From Eledone cirrhosa (taxonomy: Eukaryota): DNA of 64,000 nt. Under the pieces are notes generated by a model, which was not told the DNA's origin, did no database searches, and was given only the letters and a program-made list of their open reading frames with translations. The position numbers and the translations under genes are program-made. This document shows, piece by piece, positions 1 through 11,781 of this stretch (position 1 is the first letter of the stretch; every line of letters begins with the position of its first letter). Location: contig OZ024764.1 in assembly GCA_964016885.1 (NCBI GenBank), forward strand, positions 22,444,001 to 22,508,000, read 5' to 3'.

Positions 1-1041
<1,041 letters not shown>

Positions 1042-1294
1042 CAGTAGTACCTTAACCAAGCATGTGTGTATTCATACAGAAGTTTAGCTGTATCAATATC
1101 AAACTCATTACATCATACTACAACAACAACAACAATTGTGTAGATCCATCATCCTTGCTAAAACTGGGGATAACCTTGTAGGTTTTACCTATGACAGGGA
1201 TCATAAACACCAGGTTTCCATTTTTGAAGCAGTGTTTGAAGATTTTGTGTAAATTAAAGTTTTTCACATTAAAATTTCATTTATTATACTTTAA

Positions 1295-1361
1295 CAGGTA
1301 AGATATATATTTGTATTTTTAGTAAAGTTGGGAACTTCTGTAATTTAAACCTGCCAATAAA
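1295..1361 (+). promoter_or_regulatory. Post-stop splice donor (CAG|GTAAGA, GT at 1298) and poly(A) signal AATAAA (1356-1361)
   Basis: Consensus motifs. The donor recurs in every copy (GT at 17569, 32951, 53513), each followed by CCAATAAAATG. Confidence 0.5.
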
Positions 1362-1529
1362 ATGAAAACGTTTGTTGTTGCTAGTCTGACATTGATATTA
1401 ATTCTATTGTCCTGTACATTGTCTCAAATATCACAGATTAAACAGATTTTAACAATAACAACAGAAATCAATAACTTGTAAGCCTAATATCTAGCTTCCA
1501 TTTTAACCATTTGATATTGTTGTTCCCCT

Positions 1530-2760
1530 CCTGTCTCTTCAGGTCTTTTAGATTTCAACTTCTATCTACTGTACTATTCCATCACCAAGGCAACATTCAT
1601 CTGGCTGGCAGCTTACATCAACTACAAATCTCATCAGTGGTTCACAACAGGCTGTCTGAAAGAAACTTCCAGATATCTTCTATGTCAGAGCCATCAATCT
1701 CCTCCTCCTTATCATATGTATCATGTAGAACATCTCTGAATTTATATTTAACAGGGAGATCTTTTACTGTCCCTACCCTTTTCTCTAGGTTGTCTTGTAC
1801 CTCTCTCACAGTCCCTCTAGATCTTATATTTAACAGGGAGATCTTTTACTATCCCTACCCTTTTCTCTAGGTTGTCTTGTACCAGTCTCACAGTCCCTCT
1901 AGATCTTATATTTAACAGGGAGATCTTTTACTGTCCCTACCCTTTTCTTTAGGTTGTCTTGTACCAGTCTCACAGTCCCTCTAGATCTTATATTTAACAG
2001 GGAGATATTTTACTATCCCTACCCTTTTCTCTAGGTGGTGTTGTATCTCTCTCACAGTCCCTCTAGATCTTATATTTAACAGGGAGATATTTTTCTATCC
2101 CTACCCTTTTCTCTAGGTGGTGTTGTACCTCTCTCACAGTCCCTCTAGATCTTATATTTAACAGGGAGATCTTTTACTATCCCTACCCTCTTCACTAAGT
2201 TGTCTTGTACCTCTCTCACAGTCTTTCTAGATCTTATATTTAACAGGAAGATCTTTTATTATCTCTACCCTTTATTTAGGTTGTCTTGTACCTCTCTCAC
2301 AGTCCCTCTAGATCTTATATTTAACGGTGATATTCTACTATCCCTACCTCTTTCTCTAGGTTGTCTTGTACCACCCTCACAGTCCCTCTAGATCTTATAT
2401 TTAATAGGGAGATATTTTACTGGCCCTACCCTTTTCTCTAGGTTGTCATGTACCTCTCTCACAGTCCCTCTAGATCTTATATTTAACAGGGAGATCTTTT
2501 ACTTTCCAACCCTTCTATCTCCAGATAGTCTTGTATATGTCAGTCCCTCTAGATATTACACCTAGTATCTAGTCTGTTGAGTGGTACGTTCTTCTACAGT
2601 AAAGGAGTTAATATTCCCAACCATCTGTCTATCCTGTTTTCTGATGAGAATGAAGTCAATCTAGTTTATCTCTTCACATGATTGAAGTAACTAGATCAAG
2701 TAACTAGATGGTTTCCTCTAAGTTAGTGCTGCAATGTTTGTGTCACCATGTAAGGTTTAT
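1530..2760 (-). mobile_element. Degenerate RTE LINE relic (endonuclease-to-RT linker region)
   Basis: The reverse strand gives W*WNSTVDR and IDFILIR, matching the RTEs at 12547-12939 and 30279-30760. It recurs in each unit. Confidence 0.6.
1742..2560. repeat. 82-bp minisatellite, about 10 units
   Basis: TTATATTTAACAGGGAGATC recurs at 1742, 1824, 1906, 1988, 2070, 2152, 2234, 2315, 2395 and 2477. Confidence 0.9.
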
Positions 2761-2846
2761 ATCTATTAATATAGAGATGTAGTAAAGTTTTCACTGTTGT
2801 ATCTCTGTTTTCTAAATATCTTAATAATGTTTCTCTACTATTTCAG

Positions 2847-3232
2847 AATATCACATGACCTTGACAGAAAAGAGTCTTTTAAAGACAACAGAAAGATGTT
2901 ACATACAAGTGATATAAACTTGTTTAGTCTGTGGTGAATTATGGTGAAATATTTCTTCTGATTTGAGATAAATAACAACATTTTCCTTTTTCACTGTCTG
3001 GAATATTTACAAGATGATTTTACATTCTGATTAAACTTTGGATATTTACAAAGGAGTTTTCAAAATATTTGGATATTGACAAAGATCACATTTGGTAAAA
3101 TTATGAACAATAGAAATATTTACATCAACATAGGAATAATTTCCAGAAGAGATGGGAAAATCATTATACCACTGTAATATTTGTGGTTAAGTATTCTCTC
3201 TTCTTTATATGTAGAACATCTAACTAAACACT
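2847..3232 (+). pseudogene. Relic ZNF exon with one broken finger
   Basis: Acceptor TATCTTAATAATGTTTCTCTACTATTTCAG|AATATCA is homologous to the ZNF exon-2 acceptor. From 3152 it reads MGKSLYHCNICG*VFS...HLTKH. Confidence 0.65.
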
Positions 3233-3342
3233 TTAATTAACAAACTATTGTGCTATAGAATTGACAAACTTGAGCAATGTTTAATAAATGTTACAGATTT
3301 CTCCAAACTATCATTTACTAACGTTAATTTGAAGCTATATTA

Positions 3343-3704
3343 TCTCTATACTACTAAAACTCTGTGATTGTGTCTTGTCTGTAATTTAATACAGCTAAAA
3401 CAGTGCATAATGGGGAAATACTTTGAAAGGAATAAAACAAGATTCGTATAAAATGGAGCACAGGTTCCCAAGATACGGGGGTTTCTGGATACCTTCATAA
3501 ATATAGGGAGAGAATGAGATAGTGGTTGTGAGAGAGAGGGAGCTGTGGTGTTGTTTAATAAAATATGTGTGTGTATATATATATACGTATGTGTATATAT
3601 ATATATACGTATGTGTATATTTTAACTATTTAAAAACTATTTTAAAATGACTTTTAAAAAATAGTTTTAAGGGAACGTGACCCAACAGGTCCCGGGTGGT
3701 CTAG
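3343..3704 (+). mobile_element. Non-autonomous Helitron
   Basis: A|TC 5' end, hairpin CGTGACC-CAACA-GGTCCCG shortly before a terminal CTAG|T, no TSD, internal microsatellites. Confidence 0.7.
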
Positions 3705-4111
3705 TTTGTTACTAAATACTAGATATTAGAGGGTCATGTTGTTCTAGATGTGCTGGAAGAGCCATTCCATCTCGTGAGGCTCACACCAGCAGCTAGCCAC
3801 CTCAGCACCTATGGTGGTATATTTATTATATTATTTATTCTTTATCATTAACATTAATATAAAAGATAATTATATATTTTTAGAGAAGAACCTCTAATTT
3901 TATATAGCTTAGGGCTTCAGTAGGTAAAAGTCTGGCCCTGCTTGTCTTGTATTTTTTAGGGGAGAAGTTAGGGAATACTGTTATTGTGTGAAAGTTTTCT
4001 AAATCTTCTTCAGCCACTAACATGGAGAAGATATTTCAGTAAAAAGGTTCACATCCTGACATCTATAGCTGTTAACAATGAGATTGGAATTCATTATTAA
4101 ACAAATGTTAT

Positions 4112-4776
4112 ATCATCATCACTGTTTAACATCAGTTTTTCCACACTGGCATGGGTTAGACAAGTTATCCTGTTGTAAGCAATGCCAGGTCAGGTGACCA
4201 CGTGTTGCTCCTACAGAACAAATTTTGGATTGGTTTCTATAGCTGGATGCCCTTCCTAGCACCAACCTTATTTACATTGAGTACTGGGTGCATTTTACCA
4301 TCACCACCACTTTACAGTGTGCGCTGGGTGCTTTTTGTTGTGACACCTACATGACCACTTTATAGTGTGGACTGGGTACTTTTTGTTGTGACACCTACAC
4401 GACCCCTTTAAAGTTTTGGCTGGGTACTTTTTGTTGTCACCTACATGACCACTTTACAGTGTGGGCTGGGTGCTTTTTGCTGTGACACCTACGCAACCGC
4501 TTTATAGTGTGGGCTGGTTTCTTTTTGTCATATCACCTACATGACCAGTTTATAGTAATGGCTATGTGTTCTTTACAGTGTGGGCTGGTTTCTTTTTGTC
4601 ATATCACCTACATGACCACCTTATAATGTTGACTGTGTGTTCTTTGCAGTGTGGGCTGGTTTCTTTTTGTCATATCACCTACATGACCACCTTATAATGT
4701 TGACTGTGTATTCTCTATAGTGTGGGTTGGGTGCTTTTTGTCATATCTCCTACCCAACCACTTTGCAGTGTGGGCA
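4112..4776 (-). mobile_element. RTE 3' tail or RTE-dependent SINE with internal 50-70-bp tandem repeats
   Basis: (CAT)n tail and GCTGGATGCCCTTCCT motif shared with the 3' UTR of the RTE at 15150-15320; repeated CACCTACATGACCAC...GTGTGGGCTGG. Confidence 0.7.
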
Positions 4777-4789
4777 GTGAAATATCAGT

Positions 4790-5330
4790 AATGCACCAGC
4801 TCCAATATTCAGTAATCAGAAGAAGGGAGGTAGGCATAAAAGCCAAACTTGCTGTCTTCAATTAGCTTTTTGTGCCAACCCTTACCTATGGTCACATATC
4901 TTGGGTAATGACCAAAAGAATATGATTGGGAATACAAATGGCAGATATGGGATTCCTCTGAAGGGTCTTTGAAGGAATGTTTCTCAATGAAGTGCATAGC
5001 TCTGAGATCAGAGAGTCACTCCAGGTGGAGCTGTTACTTCTCCGAATTGAGAGATCACAGCTGCAATACTATGGCCATGTGGTTAGAATGTCTGAGGAAA
5101 GAATCACTGGATAGATTTTACAGGCAAAACTAACCGGCAGGAGACCCAGGGGTAGACCTGAGCAAGATGGTCACATAACATCCATGAGCTTGGCTGGTCT
5201 CTCTGGGAGATCCAGACACATAAGTTGGAGTGGGTTGCTTCTGACAGGACCTGTTGGAGGGAGTGTTTGAGGACTCTGCCCCCAAGACCCTCTCTGGAAT
5301 AAGTGGGTTAATAAGAAGAGGTTGATGTTA
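4790..5330 (+). mobile_element. RTE-clade LINE C-terminal fragment (second family)
   Basis: Translates to VPTLTYGHISWVMT...RIERSQLQYYGHVVRM with stops. Confidence 0.7.
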
Positions 5331-5610
5331 CATAATCAACATCAGATTTCCCTGCTAGCAAGGGTTTAATGAGTCTACTTCAACCAAGTAAGTACTGAAG
5401 TGCGGCTACTGATCTCCCACACAGACCAAGGATCTGAGACTTATTTACATAAGGTCTCATTTGCTACTGAGTGCACAGAAAAGGTTGTCATGTCTTTGTC
5501 ATGATTGAAGGGTTCTCCGACACTATTGTCGGGCAAGCTTTCTATGACTAGATGTCCTTCACATGACCAACCACATTACAGCCTGTGTTGGGTGTGTTTA
5601 TCATGTAGGT

Positions 5611-7656
5611 GAGACATAACAAACTGAGGGTTCCCCAAGGGCCACATAGGTCACATGTGTTGTCTGAGGGTTGCACACTACAACTAATTATGTACACGAC
5701 AACTTATTAGTCATTTAATAAAATATATTGCAGAAAGATTTGTTACTTAAATTTAGAAACATACAATGTACATACAAATGTTTTAGCAGCATTCATGAAT
5801 ACAAAGTAATGAAGTAGTTTGATAAAAAAACTAAAATTTCACATGTCAACATATACTTGCAGATTGTAACATCAACAAATACATTGTACACAAATAACAA
5901 CAGTTGAAAACTGAACATTTATTTGCTACTATTCAACCATTTTTAGTCTTTTGTCCTGAGGCTTGACACTTCGTTCTGTTGACAATGTTTGGTATATCTG
6001 GCTGAAATGTCTGCACAGTTCCAACTTTAATCAGAAATGACAAGTGTTGATCTTTCAGCCTTGTTCTCTGAGAAGTTTTTGTTAAGCTAAGTACAGACTC
6101 AGTATGGGCAGTGATTTTCAGCTCTTTGCACATAAGAAAATGAATTAAATTTTCATCTGACAACGGAGACTTCCATAAGCTAAGTTTTCTAATGAAGAAC
6201 TTGATGTCATCATACAACTGAGTGATGGGTTTGTTTTTACCTTGTAATTTCAAATTAAGATCAGTTAATTGTGCAGTAATATCCACAAATAAAGCCAGAT
6301 GTTGGAGCCAACTATTATCTTTTGTTTCATCTGTGTTTTGACCTTTCATCTCCAAAAACATAATTATTTCAACAAATAGCATCTTTTCAGCACTTTGTGA
6401 CATGTCAACCAGCAGACTTCTGTGTAGAATGGAACATCGGTGAACTGATTATCCATATCTTCCAACAACTGGCTGAACTGACGGTGGTTGAGAGCACGGC
6501 CTCTGATTTCGTTCACTATCTTTGTGACCAAGCTAAGCACATGATGCAATTTTAAAATCTTTGAACATAAATTTTGCTGATGAATAATACAGTGAAAATG
6601 TGCAAATGATGAATCTAGATATGAGTTTTCTATTTTTGTTTGTAACTTGGCAGCAACACCATTATGTCTACCAACCATATTTGCAGCACTGTCAGTAGAT
6701 AAACATGCAAGTTTACTCAGATCAAAACCATGCAGACACTGCTTGACCTTCTCAAAGATGTCCTGGCTTGTTATAGTGTCATGCATGGGGACCAGTTCAA
6801 TCAGTTCTTCATAAATATTAAATTCACAGTCACAGGCCCTGATGAAGAATGCAAGCTGTACTATTCCAGTGATGTCAACAGTCTCTTCAATAGCAATAGA
6901 AACATGTTCAAACCTTGATGATACAGCCTTTAACTATTGTTTCAGATCACCTGACATTTCATTAATCTGTTCAGCAACAGTGTTCCTGGTTAATGAAATG
7001 TCTTTGAATAACTCTGCTTTCTCTGAACAATTTCAGCTGTTTTTACAAGACATTACTTTACAAAATCTCCTTCACTGTAAGATTTCCCACTCATGGCAAT
7101 CATTTGACTGAGTTCATAGCTTGCAGTTACGGAAGTGACATCCTCTTCCTGAATTAACATAAAACAGGTCTGTTGCTGTGTCAAGTTAGACTTCAATTCC
7201 TTGAGTCTTGAAACACACATTGGGCCTTCATATTTATCGTAAGATTGATGGTTTGTTTCATAATGTCTTTTTAAATTGTACTCTTTTGGCGTGGCGATGT
7301 AGTTGTTGCAAATTATACAGTGTATCTTTCTGTTCACCATTGGGCAAAAATACTGTAATTCCCACTTTTCTTGAAACACTTGCCCTTCTTCGTTCAATTT
7401 CCTTTTTCTCTTAGCTGGAGGAGCACTAACCATTTCAAAAACAAAATCTTTTGAAATTTTTAAAGAAAGTTTTCTGTTAATGAGCTGCACGTGATTAATG
7501 GAAGTTAAAAGTCGTTGACAAAATTTGCAAAAAAAAAATTATTGTATCGAAAATGTTTTAAATTTTATATTACGAAAATGAAACATGCTCGCACTGTAAA
7601 AACCTTTGTGTGGGCCGCAGGTTTGCTTGCCAAGGGCCGAATGTTTGACATGTCTG
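5611..7656 (-). mobile_element. hAT (Buster/SPIN/GTF2IRD2-like) DNA transposon, defective, copy 1
   Basis: 8-bp TSD ATGTAGGT at 5603-5610 and 7657-7664 (NNNTANNN type). Imperfect 14-bp TIRs GAGACATAACAAAC and GTTTGACATGTCTG. Broken ORFs carry KEYNLKRHY, STDSAANM, HCIIHQ and LNLKLQG. Confidence 0.9.
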
Positions 7657-7779
7657 ATGTAGGTTACCAACACTAGGCAGGGCAGCATGTCCATCAGTGT
7701 CTTCTGCTACATTAACTACCAGGAGGTCACCACATGAGACAAAGACCAAAGACTACATTTCAAAGAAGGGTTATAAAAG

Positions 7780-8220
7780 AACTAAATACAAAAGTCCTCG
7801 CAGCAAAAAACAAATAATTGAGCTTTGGGTCTAGGTCAAGGGGCAGAAGTGCTGTACCCTGTGGATAAGACTCCAAAAGTATTCGCGCCGGACAGTGACA
7901 CCCACTGCAATAGCCACCCCAACCCCATGGGACTCCCTCTTCAGAAGGGCCACCAACGTTCTGATCTTACAGAGGAGCTTGGCAGTACGGGGTCCAAGTA
8001 CTTCTGAGGTCTTGATGGTGACCGGTGTGAAGAGACCTACAATTGATGTCATCCCAGTTATGTTGGACTGTAATATACTGGGGTATAGAGAGGCCTTAAC
8101 CTGTCTCAGCCGAGCCACCCAGGGTTGTGTCATCTAGGTACTAGACAGGGGTGACTAGACCATGTTGTCAACTGTCAGCACCAATAGGAGTGACGCGAGT
8201 GGGTCCCCTTGCTAGACACC
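7780..8220 (-). mobile_element. Internally deleted CRE-clade (RLE) LINE fragment
   Basis: The reverse strand reads GV*QGDPLA, then YLDDTTLGG, joined to the C-terminal FTPVTI.TS.VLGP...WLLQWVSLS motif. Confidence 0.65.
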
Positions 8221-8465
8221 ATATATAAAACGTATTTGCTAATTACTTTAATGAATAATTTGTTTCATACGTAATTATTACTTTTAACACAATAGGATTT
8301 TGTACACGTGTTTGTTTGAAAACATCTTTCAAAGAAGTATGAGACAGTCTTTTGTAGTGTTTATTATAATAAATTACTGTATGTTGAGCTGTGTTAACTT
8401 CTCCACCTTCTATTATTTCATATTGTTTTTGTAAAAAAACGAGATCTTTTTCATATAAATATATG

Positions 8466-8580
8466 AAGGCGTGTGGCTGAGTGGTTAGAGAATTGGATTC
8501 GGAATTGTGAGTTCGATTCTCAGACTGGGCTATGCGTTATGTCCTTGAGCAAGACATTTTATTTCACGTTTCTCCTTCTA
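8466..8580 (+). mobile_element. tRNA-derived SINE (5' part)
   Basis: Pol III A box TGGCTGAGTGG (8474), B box GTTCGATTC (8511), then GTCCTTGAGCAAGAC core; no cloverleaf. Confidence 0.75.
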
Positions 8581-8959
8581 CCTGGAGTTGCGACCGATAG
8601 ATAGTATTAGCAATTGGAAAGACCAATGGAAACATTGTTTCCTCGGTCCGATTTGACGAAAAGTTGATCATAAAAAATATATATATAGAGAGAGAGAGAG
8701 AGAGAAAAACACACAAACATACACTACATATGTAAGGGGAGATAACTCTCGTTACATCCACCCTTCTTTTTGATGTACGTACTTTAACTACTTTGTTCAA
8801 TGGAATCTGCTTTATTTTGTCCTAAGTAGATTTCTGTTTAAGTATTTACGAGATTCACAATGATTCACGTAACCAAGTTACTTACATAGAGATATATTTC
8901 ACATAGAATCACAACAAATGAAAATATTAAGTCAACACTCTGTCAATCAGTCTCACATC

Positions 8960-9708
8960 ACATGGGGTGCCGGAGTCTCCCTCTAATACTTTCTGCGACA
9001 GTCTTACCTCGAGTGATAGCAAGGCTAAGATGTTGGAACTACCAAACACCCTCATATGTATCACCTGAACACCTCGGTAAGGAGAGCTGCCAACGATAAC
9101 AAGAACCTCGTTGTCAGGGACCTATCTCTTCCAAACTTCTCCAACACCACAGACTAGAATATTCTACTCTTTATTCCCTATCAAATATATTTCAGTCTAG
9201 TCATTTATCTTGTATCTTGTATATGTATTTTGAAAACTAACTGTCACATTTGTGAGACCCCAGTTAGTGATGTTTTCGTCTCCCTCCCACATCCTACATG
9301 CTGTAGTAAAAGTGAGGGTCACTGCTTCTGTAGACGAACGAAATAAAAGTTAAACTACCAGTAATTATCGGCAAAGTATTTATTCCAGTCTGTGATGTTT
9401 GAGAAGCTGGGCTGCTGACAACGAAGTTGTGGTCACTGTTGGCAGCTGGCTTTACCGAAGTACCCGATGACTCTTGTGAGGGTACTTAGCTGTTCTGGCG
9501 GTTTAGCCTCCATGACATGATTTTACTGAGATACCCGGTGATCTCTGTCAGGGTGCTTAGCTGTTCTGGCGGTTTAGCCTCCATATGACCCGATCTTACC
9601 GAGATACCCGGTGATCTCTGTCTGGGTACTTAGCTGTTCTGGCAACTTAGCCCCCATATGACCCGATTTACCGAAGCACCCGGTGATCTCTGTAAGAGTA
9701 CTTAGCTG
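8960..9708. repeat. Two tail-to-tail copies of a solo-LTR-like repeat; the second holds a 72-73-bp tandem array (about 3.6 units)
   Basis: 9020-9160 is inversely homologous to 9375-9520. Both copies end CTAACTG...TCACA near 9248/9250. TTACCGAGATACCCGG units start at 9452, 9523, 9596 and 9668. Confidence 0.55.
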
Positions 9709-10359
9709 GGCATAGGTTAAGTTTTACGTCCTCGAAAATGAAACTAGGTTTTCTGACATGTGAATGTGTTTTTTTTTTTTTTCCAATGAAATTTACGATA
9801 CACTCTTTGTTTATTTACAACAGGTCTCTATAGTGATATGGTGTTAATTAGTATTGCGTGTGTGATTATTTTCTCTTATATATATGTGTGTGGGTGTGTA
9901 TATGTGTGTATATATATGTGCCTGTATGTATATATATATATGTGTGTTTGTATATATATATGTGTTTGTGTCATCATCATCGTTTACATGTTTTTACCCA
10001 AATCCCTTATCATTCTCTGTCCTTCCTATGACCCGGCCTTAATTTGTTTATAGTTGGTGCCAACTTTGGCAAGATATTACAAAAACATCTAAACGATGAT
10101 GATGACACAAACACATATATATATACAAACACACATATATATATATATATATACATACAGACACGCATATACACACCCACACATATATATATAAGAAATA
10201 ATAATCACACACGCAATACTAATTAACACCATATCACTATAGAGACCTGTTGTAAATAAACAAAGAGTGTATCGTAAATTTCATTGTAAAAAAAACAAAC
10301 ACATTCACTTGTCAGAAAACCTAGTTTCATTTTCGAGGACGTAAAACTTAACCTATGCC
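9709..10359. mobile_element. Foldback MITE with about 285-bp TIRs
   Basis: Arms 9709-9995 and 10081-10359 are near-perfect inverted repeats. TSD CTTAGCTG lies at 9701-9708 and 10360-10367. The other units have an empty site (e.g. 25921). Confidence 0.9.
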
Positions 10360-10447
10360 CTTAGCTGTTCTATTTTAATTACATTTACTGATTTCAACTT
10401 TCATTTTTTATTACAAACTTTACATAATTTAATTCCGTAAAAATATT

Positions 10448-10592
10448 TTACGTCACAAAAAAACTTGACCTTTGACATTGAAGCATGCGCAGTGGTGCAG
10501 TTGTCGACTTCCTGTCCACGTGTCAGTCTTCCTACAACATCATTTAGACAACATTTCTGTAAATACTAAACACCTGAGACTATAATGTAAGT
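10448..10592 (+). promoter_or_regulatory. Putative promoter and non-coding exon 1 of ZNF-2
   Basis: Clustered TTACGTCA (CRE/ATF-like), TGACCTTTGACA (DR1-like), GCATGCGCA (NRF1-like), ACTTCCTG (ETS) and CACGTG (E-box), then donor GTAAGT at 10587. Inferred intron 10587-15959. Confidence 0.6.
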
Positions 10593-11049
10593 ATTATGTC
10601 TATTAATATTGTAGATTTAAGCTCACTTTTCACATCACAAATATATATTTTCTTGTTTGTTTCATTACTGGAAATATAAAATGTTATCGTAATTATCTAT
10701 ATTTTACCTACCTCTAATTAATTAAAGTGAAAACTTTTGTTGTTGCTGAAAAATAAATTAACAAAACTAAATATTTAAATATTGTAAAGGTCGTTTTTAT
10801 ATTATGTGATGATATAATTAATATATTTTATTACAATTGTATAAATTTACAGTAGAATAACGTTGTAAATATGTTTTAAATATATACATAAATAACATAA
10901 GTGTGTAAATAACATTATAAATTGCTGGCAATTCCTTGAGAAAGACATTACAAATATATTGTCTAAACTGTGTATAATAATATAATTTATTGAACAATAA
11001 TGATAAAGGAAAGAAAAACACAGAGGGAGATGGCAATTGACCACCAAGT

Positions 11050-11341
11050 GTGATAATAGGCCACACCTCACACCTTAGGGGTTAACTACACACTTTGAGG
11101 CAAGCCAACACACTGGCAGCATTACTAAGGTGTTGAAATAACCAGGTACCCTCACGGGTATCACCTGGTGCCTCGGTAAGGCGAGGCTAAGGTGCTGAAA
11201 TAACCAGGTACCCTCACGGGTATCACCTGACACCTCGGTAAGGTGAGGCTAAGGTGCTGAAATAACCAGGTACCCTCACGGGTATCACCTGACACCTTGG
11301 TAAGGTGAGGCTAAGGTGCTGAAATAACCAGGTACCCTCAC
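11050..11341 (+). repeat. LTR-like fragment with a 62-bp tandem repeat (about 3.5 units)
   Basis: CTAAGGTGCTGAAATAACCAGGTACCCTCACGG starts at 11126, 11187, 11249 and 11311. Also present near 26677-26893 and 45590-45747. Confidence 0.75.
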
Positions 11342-11698
11342 GGAAATGACTAGATTTGTAGAAAAAGTAGGGTGAAAGTATACGAAGAGATGTAGTTTCA
11401 CAGATCTACTCACACCTCACGTTGGGTGGGAAATAATTATTTTTCTTAGATTTTTTTCTAGACCCCTTTTCAATATTTTCTCTGAACCCCTTAGATACTT
11501 GCAATAGACGTTTTATTCCCCAGTATTAGGGTTAGGGTTTCCGTTTTCAGGAAGAAATGTCGATTGCAAAGATCTAAGAGCTCGAGAAAAATAATAAGGA
11601 AAGATAATTATTTCCCAGCCAACTGGAGAAGTGTGTAGCTCTTCTAAGCTCTGATAATCCTGTCTCCCACTTCTTTATCTACAAATCTAGTCGTTTCC
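11342..11698. mobile_element. Palindromic MITE
   Basis: TIRs GGAAA(C/T)GACTAGATTTGTAGA and TCTACAAATCTAGTCGTTTCC, internal inverted homology, central TTAGGGTTAGGG. Confidence 0.75.
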
Positions 11699-11781
11699 TG
11701 CTACTTTGAAGGCCCTATTTATTGATAACACCACTCGTAAATCTTTGTCAACTTTTCATACGTAAATTGTGAATCAGTTAT

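Noticed and set aside
5933-7490. Domesticated GTF2IRD2/ZBED-like gene or ZNF-transposase fusion
   Set aside because: All four copies are frameshifted, antisense to the ZNFs and still bounded by TIRs and a TSD.
7895-8137. Recurrent 80-aa + strand ORF (also 24037 and 59219)
   Set aside because: It is the antisense shadow of the CRE fragment, has a GTG start and loses that start in unit 3.
8466-8530. tRNA gene
   Set aside because: A and B boxes are present but there is no cloverleaf or acceptor stem, and it continues into a SINE core.
9838-10226. ORFs rich in Y/I/V/C/T/H (also 27640-28151 and 34739-35288)
   Set aside because: They are translations of (TA)n, (TG)n and (CA)n microsatellites.
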